From a virus (Duplodnaviria > Caudoviricetes), in IMG/VR virus record IMGVR_UViG_3300029288_000143, positions 14,068 to 78,067 of that record: a DNA stretch of 64,000 nucleotides; one strand, 5' to 3'. The notes under the pieces were generated by a model. That model had not been told where the DNA came from and made no database searches. It saw nothing but the letters and a program-made list of their open reading frames with translations. Of this stretch, positions 39,077-48,545 are shown piece by piece (position 1 is the first letter of the stretch; each line of letters starts with the position of its first letter). The position numbers and the translations under genes were made by a program.

Positions 39077-39448
39077 ATGGATACTTTTGTCTTTCGCGAT
39101 GCTGTATATCGGCGTGTAATAGTTTCCCGTACGGCGGCTAGTGCCATGCAGGAGCTGCAGAGCGTTCCTCGAGATCTCACCGAGGAACAATTCGATGGCC
39201 TGTTGTGGCCGCTCGCAGAGAAGATGGTGCAGCAGTGTAGCACCAAAGATAAAGGGCCGACTACACGCGAGTGGTGCGTGTACTCTGGCGACAACCAGCA
39301 GGGCCTACAAAGCATGCATCTTGACCGGCAAGACGCCGTAGATCATGCTTTTATGTGGTTGCAACGCTATTTCTTGACTGGCCTTCGTGGTAACCCAAAA
39401 ATCAAGAATTTCGATACTTTCCTGCAAGAATACGTGAAAAATCACTAG
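39077..39448 (+). CDS. Hypothetical protein with shared N-terminal motif
   Basis: GGAGG SD; MDTFVFRDAVYRRVIVSRTAA. Confidence 0.7.
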   Translation: MDTFVFRDAVYRRVIVSRTAASAMQELQSVPRDLTEEQFDGLLWPLAEKMVQQCSTKDKGPTTREWCVYSGDNQQGLQSMHLDRQDAVDHAFMWLQRYFLTGLRGNPKIKNFDTFLQEYVKNH

Positions 39449-39474
39449 CTTCGATCTTTCCCGCCCCTTTCTGC

Positions 39475-39503
39475 TTGACTTCCTCCGAATAACTGAATAT
39501 AGT
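39475..39503 (+). promoter_or_regulatory. sigma70-type promoter
   Basis: TTGACT-17-TATAGT. Confidence 0.65.
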
Positions 39504-39568
39504 GGGTGCTGTTGCGCTGCCGGCGGATCCATTAATTTTGCCGCTGAATACCGGCCGCCGGCAGCGCA

Positions 39569-39922
39569 ATGCCTACAACCGAAAGGAAACCAATGTCCCT
39601 AATCATCGATCCAACTGCACAAAATGACACACCTTCTCCTGCTTCGGAACCAGAACAAACCCCAAACGCTGATGGAATGATGACCCCAGTCATCATGCTG
39701 TTCTGTCCCAGATGCCATGCACAGGCCGCCATGGAAGTCAGGCCTATGATGCTACTGCTTAGGTCCGATGGTGTCTTGGTAGTGGAGGAGAAGGAAGGTG
39801 AGGAGATCATCGGCCAGGCATTTGTCGTCGGGATGTCGCAGCCGCAGGCCAAGTGCCCGCAGTGTTCTTCGGGTGGAATCATCGTGCCGAACGGCGGCAT
39901 GCCGCCGAATCTGAAGTTATAA
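39569..39922 (+). CDS. Zn-ribbon protein
   Basis: CPRC...CPQC; AAGGA SD precedes the second Met at ~39593. Confidence 0.6.
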   Translation: MPTTERKPMSLIIDPTAQNDTPSPASEPEQTPNADGMMTPVIMLFCPRCHAQAAMEVRPMMLLLRSDGVLVVEEKEGEEIIGQAFVVGMSQPQAKCPQCSSGGIIVPNGGMPPNLKL

Positions 39923-40059
39923 CCTCTCGGATTGGTTGGTGTAGTCCTAATAATTACAGACACTTACATTTATTGTAAAAACACCTTATCTGTATTGACT
40001 GGCACGGTAACATTTACCGTGACCATAAACCACGGACAGGTGTCCGCGAGAGGTTTGTA

Positions 40060-40821
40060 ATGTATTTGATTTTTTCTTTGCTCCTGCTCATTCAGCAGGA
40101 CACGCCAGTGACGGTTTCGGCAGGAGCCCGCGGGTTTGTTCCAAGCCTGGTGGCTTCCTCGCGTCCTCCCAGTAAGGCCGACATCGTCAAATCCATTGAA
40201 GCTCTCAAAGCGAAAGGGGTTCCAGTTTCTCCCGAAAAAGTAAGCAAATATGCGGACGCAATTCTAACCGCGTCGCGCCAGCACAGCATCGATCCATATT
40301 TGCTCGTGGCCATCGCCCGCGTAGAAAGTAATTTTACGGCAGCAGTGCGTAAAGATATCCGCTGCTCTTTGCCTCGTCAAGGTTTCTGTTCCCAAGACTG
40401 TGGCGTTACCCAGCAAAACTTTTCCGGTGCACCGAAGTGGGTTAAATTTCGGTGTGCTCAAGTGCAGAAAGATTATAAAGAATCGTTCATGCTTGCGGCC
40501 GAGGAACTCGCCAAGCACACGGAATGGTGTCGAGAGAAAATTCACCTCGACAGAGTGCCCGAACGCTGCATACTTAATCGGTACAACGGCGGGCCTATGT
40601 ACCGAAAGGAAGAACAGTGCAAGCGTCTGTACAGCCAATGCTCGGCATTGCCCGAGGACCGAAAGCAAAAGTGCCTGTTTGGTCGGCGGCGCTGCATGAT
40701 TATCGCAACGTACTGGACACGAGTTCTGTGCTTCCACCAAGCAGCGCGCACCGCAACTACACCTACGCGCGACTGCCGGTGGTGCTGGAGCGTCGACTCC
40801 ATCGATAAACATTTTGAGTAA
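40060..40821 (+). CDS. Lytic transglycosylase (SLT/lysozyme-like) with N-terminal signal/anchor, Cys-rich
   Basis: SRQHSIDPYLLVAIARVESNF (catalytic Glu), CGVTQ, YNGG motifs; hydrophobic N-terminus. Confidence 0.8.
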   Translation: MYLIFSLLLLIQQDTPVTVSAGARGFVPSLVASSRPPSKADIVKSIEALKAKGVPVSPEKVSKYADAILTASRQHSIDPYLLVAIARVESNFTAAVRKDIRCSLPRQGFCSQDCGVTQQNFSGAPKWVKFRCAQVQKDYKESFMLAAEELAKHTEWCREKIHLDRVPERCILNRYNGGPMYRKEEQCKRLYSQCSALPEDRKQKCLFGRRRCMIIATYWTRVLCFHQAARTATTPTRDCRWCWSVDSIDKHFE

Positions 40822-40871
40822 GGTGAAGAGTTTTATCTTAGCCTAATTTCTTACGTAAAGGTATGATTTCC

Positions 40872-41024
40872 ATGGAAAATTCACCAGAAAATAAGCAGCA
40901 GACAGCAGACTCTGCACCACCGCTGCCGGTCAAAACGGCTGGCCCGGTGTGTCAGCTTGGCTTGCTACCTCCGCCTCCCCCATCACCCTGCATAGAGCAT
41001 CTCTATTTCGACTGCGATTTCTAG
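40872..41024 (+). CDS. 50-aa Pro-rich small protein (not in the ORF track)
   Basis: AAAGGT SD; MENSPENKQQTADSAPPLPVKTAGPVCQLGLLPPPPPSPCIEHLYFDCDF*. Confidence 0.4.
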   Translation: MENSPENKQQTADSAPPLPVKTAGPVCQLGLLPPPPPSPCIEHLYFDCDF

Positions 41025-41037
41025 CAAAACTTAATAG

Positions 41038-41055
41038 CACGTTATCTTTTAGTAG
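41038..41055 (+). promoter_or_regulatory. Putative phage late promoter
   Basis: CACGTTAtctttTAGTAG. Confidence 0.6.
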
Positions 41056-41075
41056 TTCTTACGAAAGGTATAATC

Positions 41076-41630
41076 ATGTCCGTACCTAAATTTATCCGCG
41101 TCGCCGGTCAATTATATCGTTTGGCTGAGCCACCGCCGCAGTTCACACAGGACAAAGACGAGCTTGGGAAGCTCGAGGCAGATCTCGAGATGGCAGAATC
41201 TATTGGCGCTACCGAAAACGCCAAGCAGATTAGGCAAAAAATTGAACAGCTAAAAACAGCTTTCGCACCCAGAGATAAATATTATGCTGACATGCCCGGC
41301 GCGAAGTACGTAATTGCACTTTCTCCCGAAGAAGAAGAGATTCTATTCCAGATCCATGAGGGACAGGGCGACGCCGTCTATGCAGTCGCGAGCCGCAGTC
41401 ATAGCGCTGGGTTAACTTGGGTCACTGAGGACGAACTCTCGACCGTAGTGTCTCGTCTTGCCTGGCTGCTCAGTGACGCGACCATCACAGCGGAGATGTC
41501 GGAACAAGAGCAAGAGACTGCCGCCTCGCTTCTCTATGAACTAGAAAACCTATCGTCCGGCAGCACTGGAATTGAGTATCCTCCTGGTGTCATCCGGGAA
41601 TTTGATTTGCAGACCCCACCCAGCGCTTAG
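41076..41630 (+). CDS. Putative internal head protein (shared motif)
   Basis: MSVPKFIRVAGQLYRLAE; acidic and helical. Confidence 0.7.
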   Translation: MSVPKFIRVAGQLYRLAEPPPQFTQDKDELGKLEADLEMAESIGATENAKQIRQKIEQLKTAFAPRDKYYADMPGAKYVIALSPEEEEILFQIHEGQGDAVYAVASRSHSAGLTWVTEDELSTVVSRLAWLLSDATITAEMSEQEQETAASLLYELENLSSGSTGIEYPPGVIREFDLQTPPSA

Positions 41631-41693
41631 TTTCATCTGTTTCCTGCTTTCTACCTTATATCTAGGTAGATTTGCGTCTACCGGAGAACCTCC

Positions 41694-43412
41694 ATGCCTG
41701 AAATTATTTATCGCGGCCAGCGCTATGTACTCCACACGGCAGCCGAAACCTATGCCCCGCCTGCCCCGCCGGCCAATTGGGAAACAAATAAGCAAGAATA
41801 TATCACCAAAGTCATAGCCGATTTGGAGGCTTTGGGCGAACGCGTTTATACTTTGGGTATTGAAAGCGACGTTATCGCGGAGCAACCCGGAGATGTCGAC
41901 GCAGAAGTAACGCAAACCAAAGTAAAACAAGTCCGGCACGAGCTTAAACTCCAAGAAGCCGCCGGTAATGCCGAAGCTGTGGCTGCTCTCAAGGCGCAAC
42001 TCGACGCACTGGGAATTAAGAAATCTACCACGGGTTTGGCATTGGATAACTTGGCCAAGGTAATTGACAATACAATCGCGGCAGTTGAACTCGGAGAGTA
42101 TCTAATCAAAAACCCCACGGTGCCTGCAAAACGTGCGGTAAAAATTCCTATTACTGAAGTCGTACCAGAGCTTACTCGTATCGTTGATCAGTGGGAAAAG
42201 TTTGCGCTATCGAGTCGGCCGGCGTCCGATGTGCCCGATCAGCAGCGCAAAAAAGAAGAAGTCCTGGGCTTCCCTAAATTCGTGAAGGTACAGCTTGACT
42301 TCATCAATAAACACATTGTAGAAGCTACTGAATTAGTCAACCGTGCTGCAGTGACCGAAGGCCAGGATCCCGAGGAAAGCGCACGTATCCAAGCTGCGCA
42401 AGCCGCACTTCCTAGTTTTATGTACCGGCTCAAGGTTGTGAATGAATCCATCGCCAAAGGCAAATATGTAATTTCCAACCGTGTCGACCTGCTGGCTGAG
42501 ATGGAAGATGCGCGGAAAGCCGCAGAAACTGCTGGCGACGCAGCACAGGCTGAAGAACTGCAGAAGCGTATCGATTGGGTGCAAGGTACTCAAACAACCG
42601 ATAAGGACCTGAAAGATCGATACATTAAAGACATTGTGAAAGAGTTGTTTACAGAGTTTAAAGCGCACTGGCTGGTGGCCAAGGCGCAAAAGGCTAAAGA
42701 AAAAGCCGAAGCTGACGCGAAGGCTAAGGCAGATAAGCCCGAAAAAGAAAAGAAACCGAAGGAACCCAAACCCGACAATCTCATGGAGGTAGTAAAAGAA
42801 CTCCTGGCTACGCTGGAGGATATCAAAAATAAACAGCCTATGTTCTTGCAAACCGCAAAAGCGCGCGAGGGTTTCGATAAACTCGTGCAGGACACCATCG
42901 CGGTTGGAAAGGCTGTAGACGCTGGCGCCGCTTCTGTGACGCTGTCGTCTGGGGAATACCCAATCAAAGAGGCCGTGAAGCTGGTGCAAGACGGTATGCG
43001 ACAGTACCGCAGCATGATGAAGCGAGAGTTTGAGCCCGGGGCCAGAGCGCAAGAGAAGCAAGTCGGTATGGGCAAGAGTCTGGAAGATCTAGATAAAAAG
43101 ATTGCGGAGATTGATCAGGCCATTTCTGCGGTTCGCAGCCAGCAGAGTCGTGCGTCTGCAGGTAGCCTGGAGTTGCTAGAACAAATCAAGCGAAAACCGG
43201 ATCGTGCAAGCAAACTGCCTTTGATGGCCCGGCGAGATAAAATAGAGCACGAAGTAGCAGAGCTTACTAAGCAAATCGACACCCTGCGCAAAGAGCGTAG
43301 TTCTGTGAGTCTAGCGCGTGACAATCTGCTTAAAAGCGTACGGCCAGGCCCACAGGCCACACCCGAAGTTACCAAACCAACGGGTCCCATTTACCAGACA
43401 CCGGAGTTCTAA
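41694..43412 (+). CDS. Putative internal head protein, coiled-coil rich (shared motif)
   Basis: MPEIIYRGQRYVLHTAAE; 572 aa, Lys/Glu/Ala-rich. Confidence 0.75.
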   Translation: MPEIIYRGQRYVLHTAAETYAPPAPPANWETNKQEYITKVIADLEALGERVYTLGIESDVIAEQPGDVDAEVTQTKVKQVRHELKLQEAAGNAEAVAALKAQLDALGIKKSTTGLALDNLAKVIDNTIAAVELGEYLIKNPTVPAKRAVKIPITEVVPELTRIVDQWEKFALSSRPASDVPDQQRKKEEVLGFPKFVKVQLDFINKHIVEATELVNRAAVTEGQDPEESARIQAAQAALPSFMYRLKVVNESIAKGKYVISNRVDLLAEMEDARKAAETAGDAAQAEELQKRIDWVQGTQTTDKDLKDRYIKDIVKELFTEFKAHWLVAKAQKAKEKAEADAKAKADKPEKEKKPKEPKPDNLMEVVKELLATLEDIKNKQPMFLQTAKAREGFDKLVQDTIAVGKAVDAGAASVTLSSGEYPIKEAVKLVQDGMRQYRSMMKREFEPGARAQEKQVGMGKSLEDLDKKIAEIDQAISAVRSQQSRASAGSLELLEQIKRKPDRASKLPLMARRDKIEHEVAELTKQIDTLRKERSSVSLARDNLLKSVRPGPQATPEVTKPTGPIYQTPEF

Positions 43413-43415
43413 ACT

Positions 43416-44126
43416 ATGGCCAACGCAGTTAAATTCAACGGTGCGCTTTATGTAATTGCAGGCAAACCTGCGGCCGGAACTCCACGTAACACCACTTGGA
43501 CGAAAAAACAGTTCAAGCACTACACATCACCAGTTAAAATGCCGGGTGTGCGCACCGACGTCATCCAAGGAGACGAAGCTGCTGTACAAACAGAAATTAA
43601 TCAGCTTAGGCGGGACATCGCAAAAGCTAAAGCTAGTTATGACAGCTTACTAGATCAGCGCAATCAGCAGTACGATAAACGAACTATTTCTCTCGAGGCG
43701 ACGCGCTCGCCGGAGCGTAATCGGCTGATCCGGGAATCAGAGCAAAAGATACTCGAACTAGATGCAAAACTAGACCGAATGGAAAAAGGCATCGAGCGCC
43801 TGATTGAAACACTAAACGAAAAACTAAATGCTCAGGTTTCCGAGACACCAAGCCCAGCAGATCCAGGAGGTCTCGTGGTCGAATATGACCCCATCAAGGT
43901 GCGCAAGCAGCAAGAGCTGCAGCGTGATTTGGCACAACTGCAGTCACACAAAGAAAAGCTATTAGCTGTGCAGCAAAAGTTCCTGCGGGATAAGTCTCAG
44001 CCGATGAGCGAAACTGCGGATAAACTCATCAAAAAAGATCTGCTCGACACCGACGACATGATCGCACAAAAGCAGCACATGCTCAGGGCTCTGTCGGCGC
44101 CTGCAGACCCAATGCTCAAGGATTAA
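43416..44126 (+). CDS. Putative internal head protein, coiled-coil (shared motif)
   Basis: MANAVKFNGALYVIAG. Confidence 0.7.
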   Translation: MANAVKFNGALYVIAGKPAAGTPRNTTWTKKQFKHYTSPVKMPGVRTDVIQGDEAAVQTEINQLRRDIAKAKASYDSLLDQRNQQYDKRTISLEATRSPERNRLIRESEQKILELDAKLDRMEKGIERLIETLNEKLNAQVSETPSPADPGGLVVEYDPIKVRKQQELQRDLAQLQSHKEKLLAVQQKFLRDKSQPMSETADKLIKKDLLDTDDMIAQKQHMLRALSAPADPMLKD

Positions 44127-44128
44127 TC

Positions 44129-44866
44129 ATGACGCCTAAATATATTCGTGTAGCTGGTAAACTATATCGTGCCTGCCCCTGTACTGAAGTTCCTGCTGCG
44201 GAGCATGCAGATGTAGTGCGCGAAGAACTCGAGATGCAGGGCTTTTCCGCGGTGCCATGCCAGGAACCCAAGAAAGTGTGTGTAGAGACTCCGCCAGCCC
44301 AGCCACAGATTTCGGCTCCACAACGCATTGAAACTACACAACGCTCAGCGCCGCAGTTCATTCGAGTACAAGGGCAAGTTTATAAAAAGGCGGCGGCAAA
44401 TCTTCCTGCTGTTGCTGCTGGAACGCTCAAAGCGCTGAATCGCGTCAGAATGCAAATTACTGCAATTCTGGGCGAAGCCGATCGCGGGGACGAAGACCGC
44501 GCGTCGGACACCGTCTGTATTTCCAATGTTCCAGGTGAGTTTCAGGTGCTGTCGGCCGATGCGCTGGGTGAGCGCGCACGTGAGGCGCTGGAACTACTGT
44601 ACAATTCTATCGCGCTGTGGGAGCGCAGCGCTACCGTCGCGTTGGCGGAGAATGAGATCATGCAGCACGCGTACGTGCTGCTCAATGACGTGCACGGCGC
44701 AGTGTCTGAGGCCGTTGAATCCGGCATTAATGCGCAGCCTGGATTTTTCTGTGTAGAGCGCGAAAAGTTCTTCGGTCTGGTATCGGATATCTCTGCGTGC
44801 ATGCAAGCCTTCACGAAGCTAGAGCGGATGTTGACCCAGAAATACAGCGTAGCCTCCGTCTCTTAG
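44129..44866 (+). CDS. Putative internal head protein with two copies of the shared motif
   Basis: MTPKYIRVAGKLYRA and internal PQFIRVQGQVYKKAA. Confidence 0.7.
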   Translation: MTPKYIRVAGKLYRACPCTEVPAAEHADVVREELEMQGFSAVPCQEPKKVCVETPPAQPQISAPQRIETTQRSAPQFIRVQGQVYKKAAANLPAVAAGTLKALNRVRMQITAILGEADRGDEDRASDTVCISNVPGEFQVLSADALGERAREALELLYNSIALWERSATVALAENEIMQHAYVLLNDVHGAVSEAVESGINAQPGFFCVEREKFFGLVSDISACMQAFTKLERMLTQKYSVASVS

Positions 44867-44867
44867 C

Positions 44868-44895
44868 TTGCATTCCTGCCAGTTTCTGCTATAGT
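44868..44895 (+). promoter_or_regulatory. sigma70-type promoter, leaderless transcript
   Basis: TTGCAT-16-TATAGT-6-ATG(44902). Confidence 0.55.
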
Positions 44896-44901
44896 GTTGA
44901 C

Positions 44902-45486
44902 ATGTCACAGCGCCTCCAATTCCGTGGGCACAACTACCGCCTGTACACTCCGAAAAGCCAACGCCGTGAATTTCGCATGGCGGTTGCGGGTCTATGGCGC
45001 GACGTCACGACAGTAATTCGGTATCTCGCAGAAAAAGGAATTGATCCAGTAGTTGTCGGCGGCCTCGCCGTGCAACACCACGGCGTAGAGCGTCTGACCG
45101 AAGATATCGATATCTTGATCTCCAGAGCTGCATACACGAAGCTCGTTGAGGAAGGCAAGATTAAGTTCGGGCAGCTGAAAATCATCCCCGGCACGGAAAT
45201 CGATGTGCTGACCGAGGGAAAGGACAACAACCCCGATCCTGAATTCATTCGAGCCGGAGATTCTAATTTCCCGACGTTTGCCGGTTTGATCTACCTGAAG
45301 CTGAAAGCGAACCGACTTAAAGACCGAGGCGATGTCGCGGAGCTACTTAAAGCCCACGAGTTCAATATCGAGGAACAGCAGGAAATCCTAACGTTCCTGC
45401 CAGAAGAGCTAAAAATTAGATTTTTAGCCATTTGGGACGAAGCCGGGCAAGAGCACGACAAACGCAAGCAAATGGTGGAAGAATAA
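44902..45486 (+). CDS. Nucleotidyltransferase (Pol-beta/MNT superfamily, DUF6036/AbiEii-like) with shared N-terminal motif
   Basis: VVVGGLAVQHHG..RLTEDIDI, LIYLKL..NRLKDRGDV; starts MSQRLQFRGHNYRLY. Confidence 0.8.
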   Translation: MSQRLQFRGHNYRLYTPKSQRREFRMAVAGLWRDVTTVIRYLAEKGIDPVVVGGLAVQHHGVERLTEDIDILISRAAYTKLVEEGKIKFGQLKIIPGTEIDVLTEGKDNNPDPEFIRAGDSNFPTFAGLIYLKLKANRLKDRGDVAELLKAHEFNIEEQQEILTFLPEELKIRFLAIWDEAGQEHDKRKQMVEE

Positions 45487-46145
45487 TGCAACGTGTGTTT
45501 TCAACGCTGAACGATCTCATCGCGCAAGGCGTTATTACCGATTATGCTCTTGGTGGCTCCGTTGCGTTCATGTTTTACTGCCAGCCGTTCCTGACCAACG
45601 ACACCGATTTCTTTGTACAAATGCCGGGAAGCGGACTGCTAGTCTCGCTCTCGCCAATCTACGCTTACGCGGCAGAACATAATTTTCCTCTGGACCATGA
45701 GCACATCGTTGTCGATGACGAGCCGGTGCAAATCATTCCAGCGCCCTCACCACTCTACGACGAAGCAATCGCTACAGCGCAGCAGCGGACAATCGAAGGA
45801 CAGAATGTAAAGGTCATGCTGCCGGAATATCTCGTCTGCACGGCACTGAATGCCGGCCGAATGAAAGATTTCGCAAAAATCGAAAAACTGCTCGAGGAAG
45901 CAGAAGTCGATCTGAGTAAACTAAAGGAACTCATTACCCGGTTTCAGCTATCTGCGCAGTGGAAGCGCTACCTTGTCGCCATTGGAGTTACTGATCCAGC
46001 TTTTCTGCATTTGGCGGAAACAAAAGCAACCTGGCGCCGTGCACAAGCCGATAAACGGATGGAAGACAAACTACAAGAAATAAAAAAGCTGCGCACCAGA
46101 GTCAGCGCAATCCGCTATAGAAACGCACTGTACAGACCTGTTTAA
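45486..46145 (+). CDS. Second nucleotidyltransferase of the same family
   Basis: YALGGSVAFMFY..PFLTNDTDFF, PEYLV..ALNAGRMKDFAKI; TAATG-coupled to the previous gene. Confidence 0.8.
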   Translation: MQRVFSTLNDLIAQGVITDYALGGSVAFMFYCQPFLTNDTDFFVQMPGSGLLVSLSPIYAYAAEHNFPLDHEHIVVDDEPVQIIPAPSPLYDEAIATAQQRTIEGQNVKVMLPEYLVCTALNAGRMKDFAKIEKLLEEAEVDLSKLKELITRFQLSAQWKRYLVAIGVTDPAFLHLAETKATWRRAQADKRMEDKLQEIKKLRTRVSAIRYRNALYRPV

Positions 46146-46228
46146 TTTTTGTCTTGTGAAATTCTACCTTCACGTCCGCTAAACTTGATATTACTGCCCA
46201 CAAATAAACGAGGCGTAGGCGAAAATTT

Positions 46229-46972
46229 GTGCGTTTATTGTGCGGAGGCACGAAGCAGCCGCAGTACTGCTGTAAAACGGCAGCACGCCGCCAGTGCGCG
46301 GTGCGGAGAACACCGGTGCTTACCAGCGATAAAACTGTAGATGGACGTTTGATTACTAGTTTGTCCCCTTGTAGTGAACGCAGAGTTTCTGTCAAATGCG
46401 ACACGTGTGGCGTGATCAACACCACTAGTTATGCCAACTACAACCGGGCGCAAAAGACGACGCACAATGGATCCGGGCGAACAACGTGTAGAAAATGTGC
46501 AGTAACAAAATCGGCGCTAGCACGCAAAGGCAAACCACGCGCACCTAAACCAAAACTGCCGCCAGAACAATTAGGGGCAAACCACAAAAGTTGGCGTGGC
46601 GGCAGGTACATCGACGCAAACAATTATGTAATGGTACACCAGCCAGACAGAAGTAAAGCCAGAACAACCGGCTGGGCGCACTATCGTAAAGAACATATCG
46701 TCGTTATGGAACAGCACATAGGCCGACGCCTGTTGCCCAATGAAACTGTACACCATATAGACGGAAACAAACAAAATAATGTGCTGTCCAATCTGTATTT
46801 AGTACACTCGCACGCAGAACACCGCAACGCGCACACGTCCCTGCAGCAAATAGGTTATGCGCTCATTAGAACCGGTATGCTTACGTTTGACCTACAAAAT
46901 GGGCAGTACATCGTGGGCGAAGCGCTTCAGCACCTGTTAGACCTTGCTAAAACAACTGAAGGGAACACCTGA
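46229..46972 (+). CDS. HNH homing endonuclease (HNH_3 type) with N-terminal Zn motifs
   Basis: WRGGRYID.NNYVMVH...EHIVVMEQHIGRRLLPNETVHHIDGNKQNNVLSNL; start codon uncertain. Confidence 0.85.
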   Translation: MRLLCGGTKQPQYCCKTAARRQCAVRRTPVLTSDKTVDGRLITSLSPCSERRVSVKCDTCGVINTTSYANYNRAQKTTHNGSGRTTCRKCAVTKSALARKGKPRAPKPKLPPEQLGANHKSWRGGRYIDANNYVMVHQPDRSKARTTGWAHYRKEHIVVMEQHIGRRLLPNETVHHIDGNKQNNVLSNLYLVHSHAEHRNAHTSLQQIGYALIRTGMLTFDLQNGQYIVGEALQHLLDLAKTTEGNT

Positions 46973-47575
46973 AGCGCAGACAGTATCGAAAATAAATTCG
47001 TCGAACACTGGGGAGACTATTGGTCTTAATTGTTCGACCAGACGCACCAGTGCTTGTCTTATCTCCCAATGTGCTGCTCTTGCGGTTCGCTGCGCTATGA
47101 TGTGGCGCCACGCGCGGAAGTTTGCCGTAACTACGATTTGGTTTTCCATACCAATAGGTAGAAATTGACGTGCGTCTTCCTTCGTTACACCCAAGGCACG
47201 AAGCTCTCTGTACGCGCCTAAAGCTTGTGTCATTAGCTCTCTGGCACGCGGACTATTTTCAAGGCGAGGTGGGAGTGCGAACTGCGCTGCTTGCTCGTCA
47301 ACATACCGCGTCGATTCTTGCGAATAAGCCACGCCTACGCGGTGTCTTACAAGCTCGTGTGTCATACCCCGGCTCACACCGCCGAACAACACGGTAATGC
47401 TTCCGTGCTCTAGCACAGACTCATGGCCACGCTTGATAAGCATAGCGATGAATTTCCGCGCCGTGTAGATTGTAACGGGTTCCTTGTACGATTGGTAGCA
47501 AACTCTTCCGGCGCGCTCTACGATTTGCATTTGGCTTTCAATTTCGGGCGTTGACGTGAGAATTTCTACGCGCAT
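46937..47575 (-). CDS. thyX: Flavin-dependent thymidylate synthase
   Basis: AGRVCYQS, RGHESVLEH, SRGMTHELVRHR, YSQESTRYV, EDARQFLP, AHWEIR. Confidence 0.95.
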   Translation of the reverse strand: MRVEILTSTPEIESQMQIVERAGRVCYQSYKEPVTIYTARKFIAMLIKRGHESVLEHGSITVLFGGVSRGMTHELVRHRVGVAYSQESTRYVDEQAAQFALPPRLENSPRARELMTQALGAYRELRALGVTKEDARQFLPIGMENQIVVTANFRAWRHIIAQRTARAAHWEIRQALVRLVEQLRPIVSPVFDEFIFDTVCASGVPFSCFSKV

Positions 47576-47720
47576 AGTTTTCCTTTTGTTTAGCGGCGTC
47601 CCTTCATTTTAGACACATAGCGTTACAGACATAGCGCCTTTGAAACAAGCAACAGCCTTAATAGATTACGAGTAGATCATGATTTTAATGTTTCCTTCTT
47701 GCGGTCTTGCGGTATCCCCT

Positions 47721-47749
47721 TTTGTATCATAAACTATAGTAGGTGTCAA
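47721..47749 (-). promoter_or_regulatory. sigma70-type promoter for thyX
   Basis: Minus strand TTGACA-17-TACAAA. Confidence 0.55.
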
Positions 47750-47873
47750 GAACAAAAACAGTACGAGGAACGCGCGGTGTTCAGCACGGCACAAATAAAA
47801 ATTGTGTCTGTGGAGTCTATAAACACCAGAACCGTCAAAACGCGCAAAACCGTTAAACTTCTTAGGAGGTACC

Positions 47874-48542
47874 ATGTACTCAGCACAAGCTTCTCGCTTC
47901 ATAGGTTTTGATACATCGACGTACTGCTCACCCCAGTATGCCAGAATTCTCTGGGATGCCGGGTACAGGCTGGCGATTCGGTATATTCGGCGGGATAAAC
48001 ACGTCAACGCCGTGCCAGACCTCAATGGCCTGGTTTCGCTGTCGCTTCAGGAGCGTGACGAACTCCTGAGCATTGGGTTCAAGATTACATGCGTGCAGTT
48101 CGCCAAACTCTCGCTCGTGCCATCAACCGCCGAAGGCACTGCGGCAGCCGAAGCTGGAGTTTACAACGCCAAAGCTTTGGGATTCAAGGCCGGCGACACT
48201 ATTTGGTACGATTTTGAGTGGTCTACCTCGCAAAATGCTTCTGCAGTAATGAGTTACATCGACGCCATTGGTAAATACACCGTGGCGAATGGCTTCAAAA
48301 TGGGGTCCTACGTCGGTCCCAATTGTAGTCTTTCTGGTGATCAGTGGTATGCGCGGCCCTACTGCACGGCGTACTGGAAATCCGGCGCGATTGTGCCTTG
48401 GGTTACGCAACGTGCGTTCCAGCTGATCCAGGGAGTTCCCATCACTGTCGGCAAGACGAGCACACGGGCCGGCATCAACATTGATCAGGATATCGTGTGT
48501 TATGACAACAAAAATGAAATTTTCTCTTGTCTCGCGGCCTAA
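47874..48542 (+). CDS. DUF1906 / GH25-like glycoside hydrolase (putative endolysin)
   Basis: GFDTS, GYRLAIRY, AEAGV..AKALGFKAGDTIWYDFE, GSYVG, IDQD; AGGAGG SD. Confidence 0.8.
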   Translation: MYSAQASRFIGFDTSTYCSPQYARILWDAGYRLAIRYIRRDKHVNAVPDLNGLVSLSLQERDELLSIGFKITCVQFAKLSLVPSTAEGTAAAEAGVYNAKALGFKAGDTIWYDFEWSTSQNASAVMSYIDAIGKYTVANGFKMGSYVGPNCSLSGDQWYARPYCTAYWKSGAIVPWVTQRAFQLIQGVPITVGKTSTRAGINIDQDIVCYDNKNEIFSCLAA

Positions 48543-48545
48543 CGA

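Noticed and set aside
47576-47720. Riboswitch or leader RNA upstream of thyX (short repeats ACATAGCG x2, CTTGCGGT x2)
   Set aside because: The repeats are too short and no recognisable aptamer structure is present.
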